Below, in pieces: positions 1 through 8,814 of a stretch of 34,470 bases of DNA (position 1 is the first letter of the stretch; the number at the start of each line of letters is the position of its first letter). Origin of the DNA: Acidobacteriota bacterium. GTDB lineage: Bacteria; Acidobacteriota; Blastocatellia; RBC074. The notes beneath the pieces were generated by a model. That model had not been told where the DNA came from and did no database searches. It worked only from the letters and a program-made list of their open reading frames with translations. The translations under genes and the position numbers were made by a program. The stretch covers positions 1 through 34,470 of the forward strand of contig JBEAVZ010000121.1 in the NCBI GenBank assembly GCA_041160645.1, written 5' to 3'.

Positions 1-137
1 GTGAAGAGGTGAGCAAGCCACTCACCCCTTAAGGTCCGCACGGGAAGACCGATTGCCGGCGGTCATTCCCCGTTATTCCACAAAATCCACTCACTCTGGC
101 GGCGTGATCTGGCCACCCCGGAAAGACAGCTTCAGAG

Positions 138-2846
138 ATGGCTCGGAGATTGACCTTTCAGGGAGTGCGGAGCGTCGAAGCTCCGTTGCTGTCAGCGGGG
201 ATGGCCCTGGCGACGGGGATCCTCATCTCGGCGCGCCTTTTTCCACCGGGAAGGCTTAGCCTCCCGCTCGGCATCTTGCTGACCGTGGGCTTCTGGGTCG
301 GAAGTCTGCTGCTCGAGCAGACCATCTGTCGGCGGCTGGTCGGCCCCGTTCTGCTGGCAGGGTTCGTGGCCCTTGGCGCGTCACTCCACGCCGTTGGCGA
401 AACAGAGAAGGGGCGTCTGGCGCTCCGTCCGCTTATAGATTGCGGCGCACTGGCGATCGACGACCCGGTCGAGCTGTATGGTGAAGTGGTCGTCGCGCCC
501 GAGCTGGCCCCTGAGCGGATCTATCTCCACTTCGAGCTGGAGCAGGCCCGGTCACAACAGCGGACGCACCGTGTTCGTGGGACCGTGCGGCTGGTGGTTC
601 CATTCAATGATCTCCGCGCGCGGCTCGAGTATGACGCGATTGGGATCGAATCCGGAGCGCGACTGCGCATCCTGGCGCAGCTTCGTGGCCGACGGCAGTA
701 CCGGAATCCAGGCGCGCCGCCCTTTGACGAGATCCTCGAAAGCCAGGGGATCGTCGCGACCGGCTGGGTGCGCAGTCCGCTCCTGATCGAGAAGCTGGGA
801 AAGAGCGGTCGCCACCGTTTGATCGCCCCCCTGCAGGAGCTGCGTGGAGAGGGGATCCGTCTCCTGCTCCGCCATCTCCGCCAGCCTGCCGCCGGGCTGC
901 TCGTCGCTTCACTCTTTGGGAATCGCTACTTTCTCTCCCGTCAAACAGCCGAGCCATTCCGCGCCGGGGGGACTTTTCATCTGCTGGTCATCTCAGGCAT
1001 GCACATGGCCCTGATCGCCATCGCCATCCTGGGGTTGCTGCGGCGAATGGTCGATTCACGAGCCCTCCAGTACCTTGGTGGCGCATTGATCATGTGGAGC
1101 TACGCGATCATGGTTGGGGCGCAGCCAGCGGTCGCCCGATCGGTAATCATGCTGACGCTGGCGCTCCTTGGACAGTATCTCTTTCGCCCGCTCAACGGAG
1201 GGAACAGCCTCGCCGGCGCCGCGATGATCATGCTCGCCTGGGAGCCCCGCGATCTCTTCAATCCCGGCTTTCAGGTCTCTTTCCTGACCATTGGCGTAAT
1301 CGTCTTCCTGACCGGACCATTGACCGAGCGGCTGCGCGAGATTGGTCGATGGCGGCCAATGGCCCGCACGCCGTGGCCACCCAGAGTTGCCCGGCCGCTC
1401 AAAGTGCTGGCTGAGGCGCTCTACTGGGACGCCTGGGCATTTCGAAAGCAGCGCCGTCGGGCGCGAATCCGCTACCGCCTCTTCAAGGCTGGTATCGCCC
1501 TGCCGCTCTCGAGATGGAGGTTGCAACCCGCACTCCGCTGGACTGCCCTGACCATTCTGACGACGGTGGGGGTGCAGGTCGCCCTGCTGCCGGTCATGAT
1601 TGCCGGCTTTCACCGGGTCTCCCTCCTCTCGCCCCTGATCAATGTTGCTGAAGCGCTCCTCATCACGGCGCTGATGGCCCTTGGCGCGATCTACCTGTTG
1701 CTCTATCTCTTGTTCGGCGACTGGATGCGGCTGGCCGTGCCGGTGATCGATTGGCTGGGGCGGATCGCGGTCGATCTCGGTCAGAAGATGGCTGGTTGGC
1801 CGGGTGGTGGATGGCGGGTGCCCGATTTCGGGCCTGACGCCGGCTGGCTCTATGCGCTCTACGGAACAGGAATGATCACTCTCGTCCTGCTTCTCGATCG
1901 CTGGAATCCGTTCGAGCGCGGAGACAGAGCGACCGATCTCCGCCGGCATCGCTGGCTGGGGCGGATGGGGATCCTCGCCGGTGGAACGGTCTTCGTCATC
2001 GCACTTTTGCTGGTGACCCATCCGGTTGGCCATCGTTTCGAGCCGGGCCGGCTCAGTCTGACCTTTCTCGACGTCGGGCAGGGGGATGCGATCGTCATCA
2101 CCTTTCCGCTGGGGCAGGTCATGATGGTCGACAGTGGAGGTGATTGGCAGTTCAACCGCCGGGTCGCAGAGGAGGTGGATGAGATGCCATTTGTCGAGGA
2201 TCGGCTCGGAATTGCTGAGGCGGCGGTGCTCCCCTATCTCTGGTCGAGGGGAATCGAGCGGCTCGACACCGTCGTCGCCAGCCATGGCGACAGTGATCAC
2301 GTTGGCGGATTCGTCGAGCTGGTCCGGAATATGAGAGTTGGCGCTGCCTGGCAGGCCCCCGGGGAGCAGGGGGCTTTTACGCCGGCCATGCGTGAGGCAG
2401 CGGTCCCGGTCCGCAGTCTGAACGCCGGGACGAGCGTCGAAGTCGATGGCGTGGTCATCGAAGTCCTCTCGGCTGGCGGCGCCGGCAACAACGGATCACT
2501 CGTCTTGCGACTCAGATTTGGAGGACGGTCGTTTCTGCTGACTGGTGACATCGAGCGCCCTGCCGAGCAGGAGCTGGTCCGCCGGGGCGTCGATCTCCGC
2601 GCGGATGTGCTGAAAGTGGCCCATCACGGCTCGCGCACCTCGACCACCGCCGAGTTTCTTGACCGCACGGCGGCGAGCGTCGCGGTGATCTCCGCCGGCG
2701 CTGGCAACTCGTTCGGCCATCCCCACGAGGAGGTGGTCGATCGCTTGCGACAGCGGGGGCTGCGGATTCTGGAGACCAGCCGGCACGGCGCGGTGACCAT
2801 CTCGACCGATGGCCACGATCTGCGAGTCGAGCTCTTTGGATCCTGA
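138..2846 (+). CDS. comEC: ComEC/Rec2 family DNA-internalization competence protein (polytopic membrane core plus C-terminal metallo-beta-lactamase domain)
   Basis: 902-aa ORF. The N-terminal two thirds is dominated by hydrophobic helices. The C-terminus carries MBL-fold signatures LTFLDVGQGDA, VASHGDSDHVGG and VAHHGS, typical of ComEC. Confidence 0.9.
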   Translation: MARRLTFQGVRSVEAPLLSAGMALATGILISARLFPPGRLSLPLGILLTVGFWVGSLLLEQTICRRLVGPVLLAGFVALGASLHAVGETEKGRLALRPLIDCGALAIDDPVELYGEVVVAPELAPERIYLHFELEQARSQQRTHRVRGTVRLVVPFNDLRARLEYDAIGIESGARLRILAQLRGRRQYRNPGAPPFDEILESQGIVATGWVRSPLLIEKLGKSGRHRLIAPLQELRGEGIRLLLRHLRQPAAGLLVASLFGNRYFLSRQTAEPFRAGGTFHLLVISGMHMALIAIAILGLLRRMVDSRALQYLGGALIMWSYAIMVGAQPAVARSVIMLTLALLGQYLFRPLNGGNSLAGAAMIMLAWEPRDLFNPGFQVSFLTIGVIVFLTGPLTERLREIGRWRPMARTPWPPRVARPLKVLAEALYWDAWAFRKQRRRARIRYRLFKAGIALPLSRWRLQPALRWTALTILTTVGVQVALLPVMIAGFHRVSLLSPLINVAEALLITALMALGAIYLLLYLLFGDWMRLAVPVIDWLGRIAVDLGQKMAGWPGGGWRVPDFGPDAGWLYALYGTGMITLVLLLDRWNPFERGDRATDLRRHRWLGRMGILAGGTVFVIALLLVTHPVGHRFEPGRLSLTFLDVGQGDAIVITFPLGQVMMVDSGGDWQFNRRVAEEVDEMPFVEDRLGIAEAAVLPYLWSRGIERLDTVVASHGDSDHVGGFVELVRNMRVGAAWQAPGEQGAFTPAMREAAVPVRSLNAGTSVEVDGVVIEVLSAGGAGNNGSLVLRLRFGGRSFLLTGDIERPAEQELVRRGVDLRADVLKVAHHGSRTSTTAEFLDRTAASVAVISAGAGNSFGHPHEEVVDRLRQRGLRILETSRHGAVTISTDGHDLRVELFGS

Positions 2847-2847
2847 A

Positions 2848-2864
2848 GCGGGCCGCTCGCCCGC
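2848..2864. terminator. Short GC hairpin between convergent comEC and the FGE gene
   Basis: GCGGGC-cgctc-GCCCGC (6-bp stem, 5-nt loop) in the 28-nt convergent gap. No U-tract on either strand. Confidence 0.25.
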
Positions 2865-2874
2865 CAAACCATCG

Positions 2875-4080
2875 CTACTTCTTGACGCACCTGAAACCGC
2901 TGTGCTGGAGGCCGGTATCGGGGCTCGACTTCATGCGCGCCGCGACCCGGTAGCTGGCACAGTACGAATCGTGACACAGAAAAGAGCCGCCACGCTGGAC
3001 ACGCTTGGGAACGGTCGGTTCATCCGGATCGAAACTCGACGTCGGACCGGGTGGATTGCTCACCCCCTCGGGCCCGTTTGTTACCTGATAGTAGTCGTGC
3101 CGGTACCAGTCCTGGCACCATTCCCAGACGTTTCCGGCCATCTCGTAGAGGCCGTAGCCGTTCGCTTTGAACGATCTGACCGGCGCGGCGCGATCGAACC
3201 CATCGCGTCGCGTGTTCTCATTCGGAAAGTTGCCCTGCCAGGTGTTGGCGCGCGGATCTCCCTGCTCGAGCGGATCGTTGCCCCACGTGTAGATCGCGTC
3301 GCGCAAGCCGCCCCGCGCGGCCCACTCCCATTCGGCCTCGGTTGGCAGCCGCTTGCCCGCCCACTTGGCATAGGCGACGGCGTCGTCCCACGAGACGTGG
3401 ACGACGGGATGATTGTCGCGCCCCTCGATCGAGCTCCCCGGCCCCTCCGGATTTCTCCAGTTGGCACCGGGTCGCCACTCCCACCAGTAGGCCGGGTTGT
3501 CGAGCGGCACCGGCGTGCCCGGTTGCCGAAAGATGAGCGATCCGGGGACGAGCACCTCATCGGGCGGCTTCGGCGTTCCTGGCGGAAGCTGCTTCTTCAT
3601 CTCCTCCCAGACCGGCTTGCGCTCGGCGGTGGTCACATATCTGGTCGCCTTCACAAAGGCCTTGAACTGGGCATTGGTCACCTCTGTCTCGTCCATCCAG
3701 AACCCCTCGACTGTCACCTGGTGGCGGGGCCGCTCATCTGACCGCGCCGCCGTATCTCCCTCCACCGCACCCATGGTGAAGGTCCCGGCGGGAATCCAGA
3801 CCATTCCGGCATACTCCCCCTCGCCACGAACGACAGTCGGCGCTCCACTGCCACTGGCGGCAATGATTGACGCCCGGTTCGACGGCTGGTGCTCGCAGCT
3901 CTCGGTATGCTGATGCTGATCGTGGCCGGCGTGCGCTCCCGCTGGCGGAGCCTCCTCTTTCCGACAGCCAGTCAGGCCAAGAGTGGTCAGGCCAAGAGTG
4001 GTCAGGCCAAGAGTGGTCAGGCCGATAGTGGTCAGGCCGATCAGTGAAATAATGTGGCGTGAGAGGGCTTGGCGATTCAC
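2875..4080 (-). CDS. Formylglycine-generating enzyme (SUMF1/FGE family), predicted lipoprotein
   Basis: 401-aa ORF with a GTG start and GAGGA upstream. The signal peptide ends in lipobox LTG|C. FGE-sulfatase domain motifs present: GMVWIPAGTFTMG, HPVVHVSWDDAVAYAKWAGKRLPTEAEWEWAARGG and YGLYEMAGNVWEWCQDWY. The catalytic Cys pair lies in RGGSFLCHDSYCASYR, as in characterised aerobic FGEs. Confidence 0.9.
   Translation of the reverse strand: MNRQALSRHIISLIGLTTIGLTTLGLTTLGLTTLGLTGCRKEEAPPAGAHAGHDQHQHTESCEHQPSNRASIIAASGSGAPTVVRGEGEYAGMVWIPAGTFTMGAVEGDTAARSDERPRHQVTVEGFWMDETEVTNAQFKAFVKATRYVTTAERKPVWEEMKKQLPPGTPKPPDEVLVPGSLIFRQPGTPVPLDNPAYWWEWRPGANWRNPEGPGSSIEGRDNHPVVHVSWDDAVAYAKWAGKRLPTEAEWEWAARGGLRDAIYTWGNDPLEQGDPRANTWQGNFPNENTRRDGFDRAAPVRSFKANGYGLYEMAGNVWEWCQDWYRHDYYQVTNGPEGVSNPPGPTSSFDPDEPTVPKRVQRGGSFLCHDSYCASYRVAARMKSSPDTGLQHSGFRCVKK
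3971..4041 (-). repeat. 15-nt in-frame tandem repeat (about 4.7 copies) inside the FGE signal-peptide coding region
   Basis: GTCAGGCCAAGAGTG occurs 3 times exactly (3971-4015), then GTCAGGCCGATAGTG and GTCAGGCCGAT. On the minus strand this translates as (I/L)GLTT repeated: LIGLTTIGLTTLGLTTLGLTTLGLTGC. Confidence 0.95.
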
Positions 4081-4156
4081 TTCTCTTTTTCCTCGTCTTC
4101 AAAATTGAAAGATTGAACTGCAGCGGCGACAGCGCAGTCTAGCACGAAGAGCGGTT

Positions 4157-5842
4157 TCACGGGCAGGGCCTTAACGATGGCGGTCCGTCTTCGATCACCA
4201 CGAGGTGGCAGGTCCGCTCCTTGAAATAGTCGATCAGGCGTCGATTGCTCTCCTGATCCATCTCCCGGGCCCAGACGACCGGCGCCGCATCGATGTTGGC
4301 CGGATTGTAGACCCACTCCTGGTGCGGATTGTGCGCCGGACCGTACCTGACCAGCAAGAGGTGGAGCGTTCCGGTGGCGCTGAGCCGACTGGCGAGGTTA
4401 GTGCGCTCGTTGACCCACGCCCACGAAACTTTCTCATCACGATCGATCCGCAGCGCGAGGTTGACCACCCCGAGCAGGCTGATCATCAATGAGGCCCGGG
4501 CGAGCCAGAGTCCGACCCGCTGCCCACGAACGCTCCACGTTCGCAGAATCCGCCATCCCTCGATCGCCATCAGAAAGAGCAGACCCGCTGCCGGAGCAAT
4601 GTAGTGGGGAAGCAGCCACGTCTCCGTCAGGACTCCGCCAATGAAGAGTCCGAGCAGGATCCAGAGCGGTCTCCGGTCGGGACGCCACCGCCAGATGAGC
4701 GGGAAGAGGAGCAGGGCAATCGCCATCGTCGCCGTCGCCAGATATCCACGCAGCAGGATGCCGATCTTCCGGACCAGTCCCTTGCGGATCAACCCGGAGA
4801 GCGTCTGGAGCTCGCGCCACGTCGCGAGTTCGTATTCGAGGTAGAAGCGCCGGATCGACTCGTGGCGATAGCCGGGCATCGGCTGGAGCTGCTGCCACAA
4901 AAAGGGGGTGGCAATCGCATAGGTCTCCTGGTGCACAAGATAGGGCATGCGCAGGCTGTTCCCCGTAACATGGCGATTATAGGTGGCGATCAACAGTCCG
5001 GTCGGCGCGAGGACCAGCCCCGCCAGGAAGACCAGCCGCAACACCCCCCGCAGGTTCAGGGCGACCTGCCGGCGAAGCCATCCGCCGAGAATGAAGCCGC
5101 CACAAAGCAGCCCCAGCACGGCCCCCTCAAACGGACGACAGGTGGCGAGGATGGCCAGCCCAAGGCCGAGGAAGAGACCATCCCACCGGCCCGGACGCCG
5201 CCAGATCCGCCCGGTCGCGCCGAGGGTCAGCGCTCCACCCAGCAGCGGCAACCCACCCCCCCAGAAGTTCTGCCCCCATTCGAGCACGATTGGATGGATG
5301 GAGGCGAGCAGCCCGCCGAGCAGCGCCAGTCGGTTCGACAACCAGGCGCGAAGCATCCAGCTGACGGCCAGAACTCCCAGCGTGACGACCAGCCAGACGC
5401 CCACGACCGGAGTCGAGGTCACCTGCTGCGAGAATGCCAGAATCAGCCCCTGCGCGGGCTGGTATTTTGAGGCATAGACTGGCTGCTGCAGAACATGAAG
5501 ACTCTCGAAATGTGGCCAGAACGGGTGGGGCGGATTGGCCAGGCGGCCGGACGCAAAGGTGTCAGCGGCGAGAAGGTAGCTGAACTCATCGGCGATCACT
5601 GGTTGCGGCCATCGCACCAGCAGCGAGATGGCCACGCTGATGCCCAGCGTCAGTCCACCGACCAGGGCGCAACTTTGCCAGCGATGCCGCGCCACCCTTC
5701 CCAGCCTCTTCTCGACGACCCGAAACCAGGACCGTCCCAGATGCGGGCGTCGCCAGGCGATGAGAAACATAAAGATGAGCGGAACTGCCGGATAGAAGAT
5801 CGACCAGATCTGAAAAAGGGAAGGGAGTTGATCGGTTTTCAT
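4157..5842 (-). CDS. GT-C fold (GT39/GT83-like) polytopic membrane glycosyltransferase
   Basis: 561-aa ORF with at least 10 hydrophobic helices. The first predicted external loop has an acidic GT-C type motif (VIADEFSYLLAADTF). It lies 40 nt downstream of a polyprenyl-phosphate GT2-like gene. The exact family is not resolvable by eye. Confidence 0.7.
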   Translation of the reverse strand: MKTDQLPSLFQIWSIFYPAVPLIFMFLIAWRRPHLGRSWFRVVEKRLGRVARHRWQSCALVGGLTLGISVAISLLVRWPQPVIADEFSYLLAADTFASGRLANPPHPFWPHFESLHVLQQPVYASKYQPAQGLILAFSQQVTSTPVVGVWLVVTLGVLAVSWMLRAWLSNRLALLGGLLASIHPIVLEWGQNFWGGGLPLLGGALTLGATGRIWRRPGRWDGLFLGLGLAILATCRPFEGAVLGLLCGGFILGGWLRRQVALNLRGVLRLVFLAGLVLAPTGLLIATYNRHVTGNSLRMPYLVHQETYAIATPFLWQQLQPMPGYRHESIRRFYLEYELATWRELQTLSGLIRKGLVRKIGILLRGYLATATMAIALLLFPLIWRWRPDRRPLWILLGLFIGGVLTETWLLPHYIAPAAGLLFLMAIEGWRILRTWSVRGQRVGLWLARASLMISLLGVVNLALRIDRDEKVSWAWVNERTNLASRLSATGTLHLLLVRYGPAHNPHQEWVYNPANIDAAPVVWAREMDQESNRRLIDYFKERTCHLVVIEDGPPSLRPCP

Positions 5843-5882
5843 TTCAACGCCGAGTTGGTCTGTTCGTTGTTGCCGCCCGGAC

Positions 5883-7037
5883 TCACCGTCGACGCAGCCC
5901 GAGAATGCTCAAAAAGAAGCTGGCGAAGATTGTCTGGCAGCCGATGACCAGGGCGGTCCCGGATGGAATGAGCAGCCGCATCATCCGTCCCGGCTCGAGC
6001 GGTCCAAAGGCCTGCAATCCCCAGTCGGCGATGGCCCAGATCGTCCCGGCCAGCCCCAGCAGAACCAGCAACAGGCCGGCCATCAGTCCAGCCTCGAGAC
6101 TGACGCGCGCAAAGGCTTCATTCAGCCGCCGATCCTGGGGCAGCAGCCCCTCACTCGAGACGAAGAGCAGGGTCGAGACCGCGAAGATGACCGATTGATA
6201 GCCGATCACTACGGCCAGTCCGGCATAGAAGAGGGTATGAAAATCGAAGACCACCCCCAGAATCTGACGCGGCTGCGGCAGCAACCAGCCGCCAACCAGC
6301 AGCCCGGCCATCACGAGCACCAGACCAGGATAGAGGAAGAGCCAGCGGGGACTGTACATCAGGAGAAAACGGAGGTGGCGCCAGCCATCACGCCAGCTGC
6401 GCAGGTGGGGCGGGCGACTCCGCCCATCCTTGGAGAGCGTTGTCGGCACTTCACTGATCCGCAGTCGCTCGAGGGAGGCGCGGACGATCATCTCGCTCGC
6501 AAACTCCATGCCGCTGGTTCGCAGTTCCAGTCGCCGGATCGACTCGCGGTTGAATCCGCGCAGTCCACAGTGGAAATCTCCGCACGGACTGCCGAAGAAG
6601 AGGCGACCAATCCAGGTCAGGACCGGGTTGCCCAGATAACGGTGGAGCGGGGGCATCGCCCCCGGCTTGATGCCCCCGCGAAACCGGTTGCCCATGACCA
6701 GATCATCACCCAACCGTAACCTCTCGATAAAAGGCATGAGGTTGACAAAATCGTAACTGTCATCGGCGTCGCCCATGATCACATAACGTCCCCGCGCCGC
6801 CTCGATTCCCCCACGCAACGCGCTTCCATAGCCCTTCTCGGCGACCGCGACAACACGTGCTCCATTCGCCCGGGCAATCTCGGGTGAGCCATCCGTGCTC
6901 CCATTGTCGGCGATCACCACCTCGCCACTGATCCCGGCCCGCTCCAGAAAACCGCGCGCCTTGTTGATACAGATGGCCAGTGTCTCTGCTTCATTGAGAC
7001 AGGGCATGATGATGGAGAGCTCGATCGATTCGTTCAT
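5883..7037 (-). CDS. Family 2 glycosyltransferase with C-terminal TM helices (GtrB/ArnC/DPM1-like polyprenyl-phosphate sugar synthase architecture)
   Basis: 384-aa ORF. GT-A motifs LSIIMPCLNE, VVIADNGSTDGS and the DxD motif in MGDADDSYD, followed by about 4 hydrophobic helices. Confidence 0.85.
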   Translation of the reverse strand: MNESIELSIIMPCLNEAETLAICINKARGFLERAGISGEVVIADNGSTDGSPEIARANGARVVAVAEKGYGSALRGGIEAARGRYVIMGDADDSYDFVNLMPFIERLRLGDDLVMGNRFRGGIKPGAMPPLHRYLGNPVLTWIGRLFFGSPCGDFHCGLRGFNRESIRRLELRTSGMEFASEMIVRASLERLRISEVPTTLSKDGRSRPPHLRSWRDGWRHLRFLLMYSPRWLFLYPGLVLVMAGLLVGGWLLPQPRQILGVVFDFHTLFYAGLAVVIGYQSVIFAVSTLLFVSSEGLLPQDRRLNEAFARVSLEAGLMAGLLLVLLGLAGTIWAIADWGLQAFGPLEPGRMMRLLIPSGTALVIGCQTIFASFFLSILGLRRR

Positions 7038-7043
7038 ATCTGT

Positions 7044-7094
7044 TTTCAGAGCGCCAGAGATTTCACCGCGCCAGAGGTTTCAGAGCGCCAGATG
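7044..7094. repeat. Three tandem 17-nt direct repeats filling the comEA/GT2 intergenic gap
   Basis: TTTCAGAGCGCCAGAGA (7044-7060), TTTCACCGCGCCAGAGG (7061-7077) and TTTCAGAGCGCCAGATG (7078-7094). Units 1 and 3 differ only in the last 2 nt. The array ends 6 nt from the GT2 start codon and 4 nt from the comEA stop. Confidence 0.9.
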
Positions 7095-7098
7095 GGAT

Positions 7099-7404
7099 TT
7101 AGCGCACCAGCGGGTTGGCGGTGATCAGATGGGCAATCCGGCGATATCTTCGCGCACTCAGCCCGCGGACCGCGACGATCTCCTGGGCCCGGCGGAAAGG
7201 GCCGTGGCGGGCGCGATGGTCGATGATTCGCTGGGCGAGCACCGGTCCGATCGAGGGGAGACGCTGCAACTCCTCCACGCTGGCCCGGTTGAGGTCGAGC
7301 GGCGCCTGGGCCCGCCCCGCTCCCGTCAGCATCAGCAACACGCAGAGCCAGCTGCCAATCGTCACTCCCCACTCACGTCTGCTTTGCCGCTCAACAGAGC
7401 CCAT
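7099..7404 (-). CDS. comEA: ComEA-family helix-hairpin-helix DNA-binding competence protein
   Basis: 101-aa ORF with an N-terminal hydrophobic anchor or signal (IGSWLCVLLMLTGAGRAQA). This is followed by LDLNRASVEELQRLPSIGPVLAQRIIDHRARHGPF...VRGLS, the ComEA HhH module. The start is uncertain and overlaps the upstream gene by 14 nt. Confidence 0.85.
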   Translation of the reverse strand: MGSVERQSRREWGVTIGSWLCVLLMLTGAGRAQAPLDLNRASVEELQRLPSIGPVLAQRIIDHRARHGPFRRAQEIVAVRGLSARRYRRIAHLITANPLVR

Positions 7405-8731
7405 GGAGCCTCAGCCGAAATTCACCCTGGTTCAGGGTTGGCCATTCCGCCGGTCTCCGCACAAATTTTGCCGCCTCGGCGACCAGCCACGGAAGACCTC
7501 CATGAACCATCGGCAGTCCATAGTGCTGGTTGGTGAAGACGGCTCGCAGCCGGGGATTGGTTGGAGTGGCGATGCCGTACCGCATCGAGATGGGCGGCAA
7601 TTCCGTGGTCGCCACCGGATTGATCAGTTCGATGCTCTGGTCGAAGATGTTGATTCGCGCCTGGCGATCGCGGGCTCCCCAGTGGCGGTGAATCAGCGCA
7701 TTGGTCAGCGCTTCGGTGATCACTCCCCGGTGGTAACTGGCGCGCACCGGGAGAAAGGACTCCGCAGGGTCGTTTCCATCCGCCGCTTCAGTCCCCTCGC
7801 GTCGTTCCCGCCGCGAGGGCCGCTCGTCGCGCAGGTCGACGTAGCACTCGATGAATCTCAGCGCGGCCTCGAAGAGTTGAAAGAGGTTGCCAGTGAGACG
7901 GCGCTGCTCGATGACCGGTGAGTCCGGCCCGACGCCGCTGTACCGCGTCAAATGCAGGTCATTGGCCGGCAGCAGCGCCGCCACCCGCTCGGGAAGCCCA
8001 AAGAGCATCATCCCCCCGATCGTCGGCACCGTCCCTCCGCCAATCTTCGCCGCGAGCCCCATCTCCAGCATGACCTGTTCGGTCGGAAAACCGCGCTTGG
8101 GATCTCGCCACGGTTCGGGATAGACCCCGCGGACGTAGCTCCAGAAGAGTGATTCGTCGATATCCTTGTCGATCAGTCCAGCAAAGACCGGGACCTGCTC
8201 GAAGCGGGTCAGGTGGGTCTCCTCATAGAGCCGCGACAGCTCCTCGCGGCTCGCTTCCCGCTTGATCGCTCCCTCCCGCAGAAAGAAGCGGTCATCGAGG
8301 GTCCGGTGCGGGCGATTGGCCGTGTTCAATTCAAGGATGACGATCCGCCGTCCATTGTCGAAGGCAATCTTGTTGATCCAGGGCAGCACCGGCGGCTGAA
8401 TCTGCCGGGCGCAGATCTCCCGCAGTTGCGTCTCGACATCTTCCGGATCATCGACCCCCTCGATTCGCAACTGGTCATTGACCCCAAAAACGATCGCCCC
8501 GCCATCAGTATTGGCAAGGGCGATGATCTCGGCCACCAGTTTGTCGACGTTGCTAAAGCGGACCTTTAGCTCAAGATATGTGTCTTCACCGCCCTTGATC
8601 GCGCGAACCATCTCACTGCGCGAGATGCGGTAGGCAGGCGCCGAGGCCAGATACTCGTAATAAGAGCGCTCCGATCCCGGGCTGTGGGGCCGACTTGAAC
8701 GCTGGTGCTGATGTGAGCGTTTACGGGCCAT
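7391..8731 (-). CDS. COG2865-type protein: Schlafen/AlbA_2 putative DNA-binding domain plus HATPase_c_4-like C-terminal region
   Basis: 446-aa ORF with a GGGAG SD. The N-terminal block EDTYLELKVRF...LVAEIIALANTDGGAIVFGV resembles the AlbA_2 (ex AAA_4) domain. The C-terminal block ITEALTNALIHRHW resembles the ATPase-like region of the RecG-like/Schlafen regulator family. No obvious terminal wHTH. Confidence 0.7.
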   Translation of the reverse strand: MARKRSHQHQRSSRPHSPGSERSYYEYLASAPAYRISRSEMVRAIKGGEDTYLELKVRFSNVDKLVAEIIALANTDGGAIVFGVNDQLRIEGVDDPEDVETQLREICARQIQPPVLPWINKIAFDNGRRIVILELNTANRPHRTLDDRFFLREGAIKREASREELSRLYEETHLTRFEQVPVFAGLIDKDIDESLFWSYVRGVYPEPWRDPKRGFPTEQVMLEMGLAAKIGGGTVPTIGGMMLFGLPERVAALLPANDLHLTRYSGVGPDSPVIEQRRLTGNLFQLFEAALRFIECYVDLRDERPSRRERREGTEAADGNDPAESFLPVRASYHRGVITEALTNALIHRHWGARDRQARINIFDQSIELINPVATTELPPISMRYGIATPTNPRLRAVFTNQHYGLPMVHGGLPWLVAEAAKFVRRPAEWPTLNQGEFRLRLHGLC

Positions 8732-8814
8732 GGCTCCCGGTCACGGCCTCCCGGATCGCTCCGGTGGGCTTGGTTAATGAGTTATCGATCCTGACCAGAA
8801 TCCGGACCAGCGTC

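Noticed and set aside
53-259. 68-aa ORF overlapping the start of comEC.
   Set aside because: It is out of frame with comEC, has no SD and its composition is not protein-like. The comEC N-terminus is plausible from ATG 138.
7044-7094. Sigma54 promoter reading of the CTGGCGC cores in the 17-nt repeats.
   Set aside because: The TGGCGC element is not followed by TTGC at the required N5 spacing in any of the three units.
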